64,000 nt of DNA from Octopus bimaculoides (Eukaryota), in NCBI RefSeq assembly GCF_001194135.2, contig NC_068984.1:15266662-15330661 (forward strand). Reading direction: 5' to 3'. The notes under the pieces are model-generated. The model worked only from the letters and a program-made list of their open reading frames with translations, did not search any database and was not told the DNA's origin. The position numbers and the translations under genes were made by a program. Of the stretch, positions 38,622 through 50,969 are shown piece after piece (position 1 is the stretch's first letter; every line of letters begins with the position of its first letter).

Positions 38622-39025
38622 TTATAAATCTAATATTTTCCTATCCTTCCTTAATACTGGTTCCCATATGCTGCTCATATCTGCACTCGGTCTGCTTAGG
38701 AGGTTGTTGTGTCCTAGCATATGTGCTGCTTCTTTTAGTTTTCATATTTTCCAGTGGTGTTCTCTGTCTATTATTTTAACTTCATCCCACAGGGGAAGGT
38801 GGTCTCCATTTTTCCCAAACATGATCAGCTATACCCGATTTATTAATATCTCCTCGTGTCACAGCTTTGCGATGTTCGTCTACCCTTATTTTGATGGAGC
38901 GGCATGTTTCGCCTTTGTATAACCTACCACAGCTGCATGGGATGGAGTACACGCAGTTTTGGGTCATTTTCTCTTCTATTGGTGGTTTTACTTGAAGGAG
39001 ATATTTGCGAAGTGTAAATATCCTT
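38622..39025 (-). mobile_element. Penelope-like element, GIY-YIG endonuclease C-terminal remnant
   Basis: VYSIPCSCGRLYKGETCRSIKIRVDEHRK...SGIADHVW, then frameshift to LWDEVKIIDRE..KLKEAAHM...IWEPVLRKDRKILDL* (stop 38624-38622). Confidence 0.88.
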
Positions 39026-39225
39026 TGATTCCAGGCAGTAACCTGAATAATAATAACAATAATAATAATAATAACATCAAAAAATACCTTAGGTTCGAAA
39101 TTTCCCCAAGACACCTGATGAAGGCTAGAGGGTATACCAGCCGAAATGTTAACAACAAAGTTGAGGACAAATAACTATCAAATGGAAACAATGTACATAA
39201 TTCCTCATCTCTTAAATATAGGAGT
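39026..39225 (+). mobile_element. Inverted, 5'-truncated copy of the same element
   Basis: Starts at the B-box end (GATTCCAGGCAG). CTGATGA at 39115-39121 and GAAAT at 39143; stem I 3' strand lost. Confidence 0.8.
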
Positions 39226-39282
39226 GATGCTTTTGTTTACAAACAACAAACACATGTAACGATGAAGAAAAATACAGATGCA

Positions 39283-39327
<45 letters not shown>

Positions 39328-42300
39328 ACACACACACACATATGATAGGCTTCTTCAGGGTCCACCTACTAATTTCACTCTCAAGGCTTTGGTCAATCCA
39401 CAGCTATGGTATGGGACGTTAGTAGACAACGCCCATACAGTGCGATTGAACTCCTAACCGCATGGTTCCAAAGTGATTGTCCTGACCACACAGCCATACC
39501 TCCACCTATTCAACACCATTTCATAAGCTACTTTAAGCTTTTCCATTAACAAACCAGTTTTTTTTTCCATGAGTGCAAAGTTGGTAAGGTTTTCCAACAA
39601 TATTTCTTCATCATCATCATCATCATCATTTAATGTCCATTTTCCCATGCTTGCATAAGTCAAACGGTTTATTGATTAATTAGTTAGAGTGCTGTGCTTA
39701 TAGACAATACCTTCCTGGCATTAATTCACAAGTTTGAAGAGATGCAGAGACTGTGAGTTTGAACCTGACCCAGAGCGGGAGTCTCTTCTACCATAGCCCC
39801 AAGCCAACTAATACATTGTGAATGAATTTGGTCAGTGGTAACTGTGTGGAAGCCTATATATATAATTCTTACAGATATAGGGTAAAAATTAATAATTAAT
39901 TAATAATTAGTAATTTCACTAAGTAGTTCGGTGTGTTAAAAAACCATTATCGGTAAACTTATACAAAAGTTTTATAATTATAAACATAATTAAAATTAGG
40001 ATTCAGCAAAAATTGCTTCACCACACACTGAAATTAGAAATAGCAGTTAAAACTACTATTTCACTACCAAAATATATCTCCCAGACAGTATCACCTGCAA
40101 CTCACACAGGCAAAAAAGAAAAAAAAGATCGGGTAATATAATTTACACCTCTTTAATCCTGAAACGCGTATACAATTAATCAAAGCCGGGTGGATTCGTT
40201 ATTTTTTCCTTTGATATTGCTGCACCTCTTATGTGTCCATAGCTTACACTGGGTACATCTTATGGATTTTTAACTTTTTCCAAAGGTTTTTTTTTCATGC
40301 CAAATTGTTAGATCAATCTGTACCAATTTTGGCATGAAGGCAAGTTCTAGTATAAAAATAAAATCAATCATTTTATGAATCCCGGAACTAACCAGGACTC
40401 AAAGATAAGAGACACATCCTCTCATGAAAAGACCCATCAAGCCAAGCAAAATCGCAGTCGTGGCAGATACCGGTATCACACAAATTGGCACCCATGCCGG
40501 TGGCACGTAAACGCACCCCAGTGTCACGGAAATGGCACCTGTGCCAGTTGCAGGTAAAAGCACCCATTACACTCTCAGAGTGATTGGCATTAGAAAAGGC
40601 ATCCAGCTGTAGAAAACCATGCCAAATCAGACTGGAGTCTGGTGCAGCCTTCCAGTGTGCCAGCCCAGTCAAACCGTCCAACCCATGCCAGCATGGACAA
40701 CAGACGTTAAATGATGATGATGAATAAAGTATAAATATTGGATTGTAAAATGGTTAAAAAATCTGTCATGTTTAAAGATGTGAGTTCAAATCCCACAGGC
40801 ATCCTTTGACTTTTTCGACCCAAAGGGTTTTTTAATCCAGTATTTACATGCTGTTATTTGTAGCTATTATTTATTATTTGCACAAGATTTTTAAGGTGAA
40901 GAGCAGAATTGTTACAGTACCAGCCAAAAAATACATAGCAACATTTCTTCCAATTTTACATTCTGAGTTCAAATTCTGCCAAGGTTGACTTCACCGTTCA
41001 TCCTTTTGGGGTTGATAAAAGAAGTACCAGTTGAGTATGGGGTTGATATAATTGACTAACCCCATCCTTGAAATTGATGGCCCTGTGCTGACATTTGAAA
41101 CCATTATCTGCTTGAAGTTCCACCCTTAAAAAAATTTATTTTTAATAAAATAAATAAACATGAAAGTTTTACAATGTTAGGGTTAGTTTTTATTGCAAAC
41201 TTTTGCCCTTTACACATTTTGCTGGAATTTTTATGAATAATTACCTTATACAATAAAACAGAGTTTGTGTGTGTGTGTATATGCTTCTTATGGATTCAAA
41301 AACTGAGTTGCCAATTTTGGCGTATAAGGTATCAAAAGATTCAGTAATCTTTCAGCTACCAAATAAAGTATGTTTTTTGCACAATAACTCTTATTTTACT
41401 ACAAAAATAACCTCGAAAATGAGGTCAGTTTGCACAATTTTGAAGTTTTTAGCTAAGAGAGGCAACTCTGTATGTGTGCATGTTGGGTGGTGGTGAAAAA
41501 ATTTTTTTTCTCAGAATATTTTGCATATATTCTCCGAATATTTTAAAGAAATGTGAACATCTTTCTTACTGCTAACCATTCAACTTCGAATTACAATTGT
41601 TAATTGTTGGAAGTCAAGTAGACTGAGATATACATATAGTGTTATTGTATAGAGTGGAAGTTTACTTTTTACTTGTTTCAATCATTAGACTGTGGTCATG
41701 CTGGAGCACTGCTTTGAAGAATTCTTAGTCTAATGAGTCAGCCCAACGCTTACCTCTTCTGAAGCCTGACACTTAGTCTATCAGTTTATTTTGCCAAACT
41801 GCTAATACAATGACACACACACACACACACACACATTGGCTCCCATGCCGGTGGCATGTAAAAAACACCCACCACACTCTAGGAGTGGTTGTGTTAGGAA
41901 GGGCATCCAGCTGTAGAAACCTTGCCAGAACAGATTGGAGCCTGGTGCAACCTACTGTGTTGCCAGTCCTCAGTCAAACCATCCAACCCATGCCAGCATG
42001 GAAAACAGACGTTAAACGTTGATGATGATATACAATGGTCTTGTTTCCGTCTACCAAATCCACTCACAAGGCTTTGATCAGCCCAAGGCTATAGTAGAAG
42101 ACACTTGCCCAATTTGCCACACAGTGGGACTGAACCTGGAACCATATTGTTGGGAAGCAAACCTCTTACCATGCAGCCACACCTGTGCCTGTGTGTATAT
42201 ATGTATGTATGAATAATAAATTTTGCCTCATCAGATAGTTAATATATAGCCTTCGTTATAGCTTTCCAATATGGAAATGTTCTCCATGTCTGACCTTGTC

Positions 42301-43966
42301 TAATTTAATATTAAGCAGCTAAGTTAGCATTAACATAATTAATGGAGTGATCATTAAAAAGCTAACTGAAAATAATTGTGTGATAAATATATCCCACTAC
42401 TGTATACAGTTATAGCATGATATAATTACAATATAACATAAGTGAAATATAATATAATTTATTTTAATTTCGATATAGTAAAGTTACTGCTTGTTTCATT
42501 AAGTGAGACTAATAAGTTCAAATATTATCATGAATAGAGTTAAGAAAATCACTTTTGGATTTATAAAACGGCACCCAAACAACATTCTACATTAGTCCTA
42601 GAATTTAACACATTTATTCTATAATTAAAATAGCTATCAGAATGGAAATCCCAAAGCTACTGTTTGAAATCTTAATGTTTTTATTGTGTGAATTCCTAGA
42701 TCCTGTCTTGTGGTACAGTATCAAGTAAAATAATGACTACCAAACAAACTGCAGTTCAGTGTAGCTGCAGTGTAACTTGAATAAGTGGAAAGTAGTAATG
42801 AAGTAGGACTATTGTATTTCAGAGATGCTCTGTTGATAGTTTTCTCTTGCTGAGTCGCATATTTGTATCAGCACTGCTATATTTAGTAATTCTAATTATA
42901 TCATGGTTTATCATATCAATATCTCTTACTGATTAAATAAACATGTCATTATCATTAATTTGGGAGTTACAACAAATCAAATAACCATAAAATCCAGAAA
43001 TAAACTCCGTTTCAGAGATAAATGTTCTAAAATCTTCCCTTCGTTCTAGATATTTTTACCTTAATGCCTCAGCTTAAATAGGATCCCAGTTACATTCCTA
43101 ATTTTCAAGACAGCAGAGGTGCCAAGACAGTAACATGCTGAACTCAACGTTGTAAGGTATTTAGTTTCAACCCCCACTGACTTTTGGAATCCCACATGAC
43201 ACTAAATTTAACTTACATCACTTTAGGGCTGATAAAATACCAGTAATATACTGATATACTTTCTGTCAATTCCATTTTCTCCACAAAACTTATTTCGTGT
43301 CTAATGAAAATCATTTTTGTTATTTCTCTTCATTTATATATTTAATTGTTTATTAGCTGACTTCTACCCTCCAAGTGTCTGGAAGTCTGCTATTTTAGTA
43401 TTTTGTTTGTCTTTTATGTGTTTCAACCTTTCTACATTTTGCCAGAGTTTTTATGAATATTTATAGTTTATAAAATAACAGGTTTATATATCTTTTCTTC
43501 TTTCTTTTACTTATTTTAGTCATTAGACTGTGGCCATGCTGGGGCACTGCCTTGAAGAAATTTCAGTTGAACAAATTGACCACCAATACTAAGATTTTTG
43601 TTTTAAAACTTAAATTTATTCTGTCTATCTCTTTTGTTGAACAGCTAGATTCAGAAAAACATGCATATATATATATATATATATCTTTCATCATCATCAT
43701 CATCATTTAATGTCTGTTGTCCATGCTGGCATGGGTTGGACAGTTTGACCAGGGCTGGCAAGCTGGAAGGCTGCACCAGACTCCAGTCTGTTTTGGCATG
43801 GTTTCTATGGCTGTATGCCCTTCCTAGTGCCAACCATTCCGAGAGTGTAATGGGTGCTTTTATGTGCCACCGGAACGGGTGCCATTTGCGTGACACTGGT
43901 ATCTGCCATGACTGTAATTTTACTTGGCTTTATGGGTCTTCTTCTCAAGCAAAACATAATGCCAAT

Positions 43967-44088
43967 GGTCACAGTCATTGCCTCTGTGAGGCTGCCAAAG
44001 GTCACAGTCATTGCCTCTGTGAGGCTGCCAAAGGTCACAGTCATTGCCTCTGTGAGGCTGCCAAAGGTCACAGTCATTGCCTCTGTGA
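43967..44088 (+). repeat. Perfect 33-bp tandem repeat, 3.7 copies
   Basis: GGTCACAGTCATTGCCTCTGTGAGGCTGCCAAA at 43967, 44000, 44033 and a partial copy at 44066. Confidence 0.95.
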
Positions 44089-45514
44089 TTCAATCTTTGC
44101 CTCGTCTCCCAAATCCACTCACAAGGCTTTGGTCAGCCTGAGCTTATAGTAGAAGACACTTGCCCCAGGTGCTACACAGTGGGACTGAACCCAGAACCAT
44201 ATGGTTGGGAAGCAAACTGCTTACCACACAGCCATGTCTGTGATGTATGTGAAGGGTTGATTGTGTCTTATGACTGTGCAGCAAAAAAAAAAAACTCATA
44301 CATCTTATAGGTTTACGAATGTTTTGACAGCCAAAGCATAATGTACACTAGTTCAAACCATGATCGTCATCATTTAAGGTCTGCCTTCCATGCTAGCATG
44401 GGTTGGACGATTTGACTGAGAACTGGCGAACTGGATGGCTGCACCAGGCTCCAATCTGATCTGGCAGAGTTTCTACAGCTGGATGCCCTTCCTAACGCCA
44501 ACCACTCCGAGAGTGTAGTGGGTGCTTTTTACATGCCAGTGGGATGGGAGCCAGTCAAGTGGCACTGTCATTGACCACACTTGAATGGTGCTTTTTACAT
44601 GCCTCCAGCATGGGGGCCAGTCAGGTGGCACTAGCGTCAGTCACACTCGAATGGTGCTTTTTACATGCCACCAGGATAGGAGCCAGTCAGGCACTGGCAT
44701 CAACCACACTTGAATTATGTCTTTTACATGCCACCGCACGGGTGCCAACAAGGCAGCACTGGCATCTGTCACGACTACGATTACATGAAAAATATATTTA
44801 AAGCCAGAGATGTTGGCATCTTCAACATCTCTCCTGTAGTCACCATCAACAGAAATCTTATCATTCTTCTGAATGAAATAATCAAATATGAAATAAAAAT
44901 CTGAAAATGGAGAGAACATATCTCCTATTCACTTCTCCCTGGCCATGATGATAATGAGGACAATCTTTAGTGGAATGTACCAGAAACTTTTAGATTATAA
45001 GATTAAGATTTAGTTTATCTTTTGAAACATGCATCAAAAATTGCTTTTGCTTTCTTTTTCTTTTAGTTCTGTTCTTCATGTAAACAGAATGGTCCCATCC
45101 TTGACCTATTTATCTCTCACTCACCCTATCTTTTCCCCGAGACTTTAAGGTACAATCTAGCATCACATTTTTCAGAAACTGACTTCCTCTCCTCACATAT
45201 GTAAATAAAGTTTGAAAAATAGTCGTTGGAACTAGTTCTGAGTGTTTTTCACAAATTATTCTGAAAGTTCTTTATGTGTGTGCACGTGCACACACACACA
45301 CACATACATGTATATAAATGCATACATATGTATGTGTGTGTATATGTGTGTTGTGTGTGTGTGAAAATATTTTACTGTGGAAAAAGTAACTTTTATACTA
45401 TGTTATTGAACTTCAATATGTCACTGCAATATAATTTCTAAACTAGACTTCTATTTATTTAACTTTAAACTGACATATTAAATGTACTTTATTTTTATTT
45501 CTATAGTTTGGAAA

Positions 45515-46873
45515 ATGGACTGCAAGGAATCCATTCTGGTTAAGAAGACATCAACCAAGAATCCGACTCCTTCACAAGAACTACAGAACAACTCACCTGC
45601 AAAAAACCAAAGTTTAGATGATGCAGCAAACATGAACCAGTCACTTCCAGAAGATGCAAAAGAGAAAAGTATTACAGAATCACAGTCAAATTATTTTGAC
45701 AGTTATATGAATGTCTCCGTCCATGAGCTGATGATTAAAGATAGACCAAGAACACTGGCTTATAAGCAATTCATTGAGAACAACAGACATTTATTTCAAG
45801 AAAAGATTGTTCTGGATGTTGGGGCTGGAACAGGTATTCTTTCTTGTTTTGCAGCTCAAGCTGGGGCAAAGAAAGTGTATGCTGTTGAAGCAAGTGACAT
45901 TGCAGAGATCTGTGAAGATATTGTCTATCAGAATCATTTTGAAAATCAGATAACTGTTATTCATAAACCTATTGAAGAAGCTGAACTTGACTGTAGTTGT
46001 GTGGATGTCATTTTATCTGAATGGATGGGATTTTATTTACTTCATGAATCCATGTTAGACTCGGTACTCTATGCACGTGATAAATGGCTCTCACCAAATG
46101 GTATTTTACTGCCTTCAAGGGCAAGTTTACATTTATCTCCTGTTTCTATGAAAGAATATCACAATGAACATTTTTCTTTCTGGAAGAATGTTTACGGACT
46201 TGATTTCTCACCAATGATTCCATTGTCTCTCAAGAAATACTTCAGTGATCCTGTTATTGAAGTTCTAAAACCAGACCAATTAATGTCTCCAGCTCTTCCA
46301 GTTTTTGATATTGATTTAAAGACAGTTACATTAACCGAAATACAATCAATTAGCAAAACATTTACGTTTAGTCTTCAGAAAACTGGAAGTGTTCATGGTT
46401 TTGCGTGTTGGTTTGATGTAATTTTTGAAGATAAAATCAACAAAGAATTTTCTAAAAATTTAACTCTATCAACTTCACCTTTTGCAGAAGCAACTCATTG
46501 GAAGCAAACTGTGTTCTTTTTACCAACGCCATTGCTAGTTGATTGTGATGATGAGATTCCTTGTACTCTGACTCTGTCTCAGGATAGTGGAAATAAAAGA
46601 CATTATAACATATGTATTGAGGTGCCTGACGATGCTATTGAAAATGAAGCTGCAACAGACGATAGTATAAATGTTACAGGGGATGATATTGATACACCTG
46701 AACAGCACAGTATTCCGTGTAACTGCAGTGCACCTAGATGTCAGCTAATTAAAACTATTGTAGAGAAATATGATGATGAGCAAACTGAACTGCAGAATGA
46801 CAATGTGATTACTGTTACATCAGAAGAAATGGATGATGAAAGTGAGCAAGATATTTCAGATTCCACTTCTTGA
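45515..46873 (+). CDS. PRMT6: Type I protein arginine N-methyltransferase, PRMT6-like, intronless CDS (452 aa)
   Basis: YFDSY helix, motif I VLDVGAGTG, post-I VYAVE, double-E loop SEWMGFYLLHES, THW loop. VSVHELMI, LLHESML and LSTSPF..ATHWKQ resemble PRMT6 more than PRMT1/3 (from memory; paralog call less sure than family). Acceptor TTTCTATAG at 45506 makes ATG 45515 the likely start. AATAAA at 46908. Confidence 0.8.
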   Translation: MDCKESILVKKTSTKNPTPSQELQNNSPAKNQSLDDAANMNQSLPEDAKEKSITESQSNYFDSYMNVSVHELMIKDRPRTLAYKQFIENNRHLFQEKIVLDVGAGTGILSCFAAQAGAKKVYAVEASDIAEICEDIVYQNHFENQITVIHKPIEEAELDCSCVDVILSEWMGFYLLHESMLDSVLYARDKWLSPNGILLPSRASLHLSPVSMKEYHNEHFSFWKNVYGLDFSPMIPLSLKKYFSDPVIEVLKPDQLMSPALPVFDIDLKTVTLTEIQSISKTFTFSLQKTGSVHGFACWFDVIFEDKINKEFSKNLTLSTSPFAEATHWKQTVFFLPTPLLVDCDDEIPCTLTLSQDSGNKRHYNICIEVPDDAIENEAATDDSINVTGDDIDTPEQHSIPCNCSAPRCQLIKTIVEKYDDEQTELQNDNVITVTSEEMDDESEQDISDSTS

Positions 46874-47232
46874 GTTGTCTACTAAATCACTGAAAACAGA
46901 CCGAAATAATAAACACTGTTAGTTGCGAGTAAATTATTTTGTATGTTCATTACGCAGCAGATTTCTTACTACTTCTATTAAACTATCTTCATCTTTATCC
47001 TCAACAACATTATTTTAAGAGATCAGTTAAGCAAAGTGACTCTATTAGACCTGCAGTCATTCTCAACTATTTCATGTTCTCCTGTTACAAACTTTTACAG
47101 GAATATATCTCGTATTTTTCTATCAAGTTGCCTATTGTCTTACAGCACTCTATAAAAACAGGTGCATATACCAAAGTTAATATATAAACATGTATACACT
47201 TGTATACATATCTGTACATACAAAGTGTATGA

Positions 47233-47283
<51 letters not shown>

Positions 47284-48336
47284 AGAAGCAATGGATTTAA
47301 TTCCATGGCAAATCATTTGTTCAGAAATTACAGAATTGTTGATTGTTTTGTTTTTCCTCTCCCTTCTCTTCTTATGAAATGTCTGAAATGGTAGAACGGT
47401 TAGATAGTTATTCTGTCTGCCTACCCTTTTCTTAAATCCCTACCTGCAGTTATAGAAGAGTCTTTTGTTGTTCTTTTGTTCCTCCTCCTCCTCCTCTCAC
47501 CCCCTCCCAATGTTTACATTCAATTTTCTCTTTCTGCCCCTTGGTGCTATATTATTAGATCGGAAAGTCGTTAATTATAGAAATACAGTTTCATCTCTCA
47601 AGCTATATACCACTTAGATTCTAATTCTGTTTTATCTGTTTGGATGTAATCCTCAAAATATTCTAAACAATGCATTATAGTGCAACAATTTTTTTGCAAC
47701 AATGTACCAAAAAAGTAATTAACTATTTAATTGAACTGAGAAAAGAAAACAAACCAATTAGTTTGTGTACATGTACTGCTGCAAGAATATGCATGTATAA
47801 GTGTTATGATGTGGGTATACACAACTGGTGCAAAATGGTATTACATAAATAAATAGTTGGTTATGGTTATCTAAAAATACATATCACAGAAATACATGTT
47901 AATACAGAACGCACTCCGTACTACTCGAACGTAGGTACGATACTCAGTATTTCACTGTTCAACTACCGACTGTTAAACCAGCACGGTTGAACTGTCAGCT
48001 ACGCCCGTTGACAGTTCACTCAGTTCTTATTTATTATAATCGGTTAGTCCACCGTCAGTCACGTGGGGGTGTTCAGGATTCTCCCACAACAATAAGTGCA
48101 TATGTACATGTGTGTGTGTGTGTGTGTGTGTATAAAAACCTTCTAGAATAGGAAATAACAGAAATGTGTTTCAGCTGTGATTATCCAGGGTCTTTTTTTT
48201 TTTTTTTTACCAGACACAGTGTATATATAGGGCTACATTGGGTTTCATATGCAGATTCCATGATAGAGTAAATATATTGTTTGTCTTTTAGTATACCTGT
48301 TAACATCCTGTATATTTTTGTACATGTGTTTTTATA

Positions 48337-49196
48337 CAGGGTGGGTAAAAAGTAAGTAGGCATTAAAAATTGGTAATAAAATGCATATTCCTTTTATGAA
48401 TTTATTGAAACAAATGATACGTGTTCTTTATTACATGGGAAAATGAAAGTAAGTCTTCATATTTCTACATAAGCACTGGTGGCATCAACCAGTTTCTTCA
48501 AAGAGCCAGGAATGGAATAAACAACCTCCTGGAGGACGTCACCTGGAATATCATTGAGAACCTCCTGAATCAGTGTCTCCAAGTCCTCTGGTGTGCGAGG
48601 TTTTGTTTTGTACACCTCCTCTTTTGTGTAACCCCACAGGTAAAAATCACATGGAGTGAGATCTGGACATCTTGGAGTTCTGGACTACTGCAGTCACAGT
48701 CTTCAAGTTTTAGCTCCTGCACCTAATGGGGTTTCCACAGACGAAAATTTAATTCTTTATGCAACACCGTACATATTGTGTCTTGTTAGTCCACTTTCAT
48801 GAGTGGCTTGGCGTGTTGATTTTTGCGGTCTGCTATTAAACATTTCCTGCACTGCTGCCACATCATCCGCTGATCGGAATGTGGTTGGATGACCACTTCT
48901 TGCATCATTCACAGAACCCATGGTCATCATCTTTGCATGACAACGTTTTATTGTCTACAGACGTAGTGCTGCATGCTTACCATTCCATGCACACCACCGT
49001 CTCTGAACCAAAACAATGGAATTCCACACTTCAGTGCTATCTTAGCTCAGTCCTGAACAGTCAAGCAACCGGCCATCTGGAAAATAAGAAATCCCCATTA
49101 GTATTGTTTGTTTAAAAAATGTTTTCATCATGACTTCAGTGATACTAAAAATTCTATAAGCAATTTCTAATGCCTAGTTACTTTCCACCCACCCTG
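48337..49196 (-). mobile_element. Internally deleted Tc1/mariner transposon
   Basis: TA-flanked 28-bp TIRs (CAGGGTGGGTAAAAAGTAAGTAGGCATT; 3 mismatches). rc remnant PRCPDLTPCDFYLWGY. Confidence 0.88.
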
Positions 49197-49208
49197 TATA
49201 TATATATA

Positions 49209-49296
<88 letters not shown>

Positions 49297-49699
49297 CATA
49301 TGATGTATAATATATTACATGACATATATACACATTACCTTTTACTTTTTTCGGTCATTGGACTGCTGCCATGCTGGGGCAACACTGTTTAAGGGGTTAG
49401 TCAAACAAATCAACCCAAGTACTTATTTTTTTACGTCTTGTACTTATTTTATTGGTATCTTTTTGCTGTACTGCTAAGTTACAGGGTTTAAACAAACCAA
49501 CAGTAATTATCAAGCAAGGGGGGGGGGGTCAAATGGAATCATAAAAACAAAAGAAAATCACTCAAAAGACAATGGTCAGTGTGGTGCCATAGCAGAAAAT
49601 GTTTGCTCAAGGTGCCATGCAGTGGGACTGAACCTAAAATTGTGTAGTTGCAAAGTGAACTTCTTAAGCCACACAGCCATGCCTAAATATATTATGCAC

Positions 49700-50750
49700 A
49701 ACACAGTGTAAATCAGAACAGAAATAATTTTAAATATTACAAGCCTCTTGGCATCTTCTTTTACGCTTATGTTGCATGTCCATTTCTTGTTTTAAAAACC
49801 AGCAGTAGTCCATCAGCATGTTTGGTGTAAGTCTGCCACTCTAGCGGCTTTCTAGCTCTTTGATTTCTTGATGAAATCATTCACCATGCTCATCGCTTAC
49901 ATCACCCATATTGGGTGGAGAAAAGTCAAGATGAGAGTGGACAAAATGAATTTTTAGAGACATTTTTGCCCCGAGTTGCTTATAAGCTTTCAAAAAATCA
50001 TTCACAGTTGCAACATAGATGATCTTTCATTTCCCAAACAATTTTTTACAAGAGAAACAAACTTTTCCCAAGCAGTTTTCTCCACTGGGCTTAATTTTTC
50101 TTGAAAAAGCTCATCACAAATTAATGTACGAATTTCTGGTCCATTAAAAACACCAGCTTTGGTCTTAGCTTCACTCTTGCTAGAAACAATTCTTTCACTG
50201 AGATATTTGAATCCTTCACTGTCTTCATTTATGGCCTTAACAAAATTCTTAAACAAGCCAAGTTTAATGTGTAGGAAAGGAAGGTAAATTTTCTAAGGGT
50301 CAACTAAAGGAGATATATTTAACGTTGTATCTCCCTGGAGTGAAATCACTTCTCTTTGGCCTCTCTTTTTGATCATAGTGATGCTTGTCATCTCTGCTGT
50401 TCCAAAGGCACAAAAAGCACTTATGCTTTGTATACCCCATTTGCAACCCAAGAAGCAAACCAATAACTTGGTTTGCACCATATCATTGGGTACTACAAAT
50501 GGCATACTTTTCCGTTTACCATTCAGCCATTGGGTTAGTGCTATGTAGCAGTTTTGCAACAAATATGAGGCACCCACAGTTTATCTTGGTCCCCAACTTT
50601 GCACCCAAAGCAAAGCTTGTAAGCATTTTAAAATTTCTTTGTAAGCTTTTTTCTCCTGATCTTTTGGCATAAATTTTCTACACACGTAACAAAAGCTGCC
50701 TGGGTGATTAACACAAACTTTTCTGCTCATCATAAATACATACAGTAATA
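49700..50750 (-). mobile_element. CMC-superfamily (Chapaev-like) transposase remnant
   Basis: GYTKHKCFLCLW (CxxC), LHIKLGLFKNFVKA, KIHFVHSHLDF (H-x4-H), VSDEHGE, DYCW, with stops and frameshifts. Subfamily assignment from memory. Confidence 0.65.
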
Positions 50751-50851
50751 GCCTAAATGAACACTCAAGAAAGCCTATCAGTAAACTAAAATATAAAATT
50801 AATCAACTGTAAACGTTACTGTAAAACATAAAAAAAAAAAATCATTGAAAT

Positions 50852-50969
50852 TATTACGGCCATATCACGTTGAAAGCACCGGTTCTCGTACGAGCACCGA
50901 AGTTAAGCAACATTGAGCCTAGTTAGTACTTAGTTGGGTGACCACTTGGGAAACCTAGGTGCTGTAAGC
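50852..50969 (+). pseudogene. Full-length 5S rRNA-derived sequence (not an intact gene)
   Basis: TTACGGCCATATCACGTTGAAAGCACCGG...GAAGTTAAGCAAC...TTAGTACTT..GGGTGACC..TGGGAA..GTGCTGTAAGC. CpG-type substitutions, no T4 terminator, single copy. Confidence 0.9.

Noticed and set aside
45482-45514. N-terminal MYFIFISIVWK of the PRMT ORF
   Set aside because: It overlaps a polypyrimidine tract and AG acceptor, so it is probably intronic/UTR.
50852-50969. Functional 5S rRNA gene
   Set aside because: Isolated copy with stem-disrupting substitutions and no oligo-T terminator.
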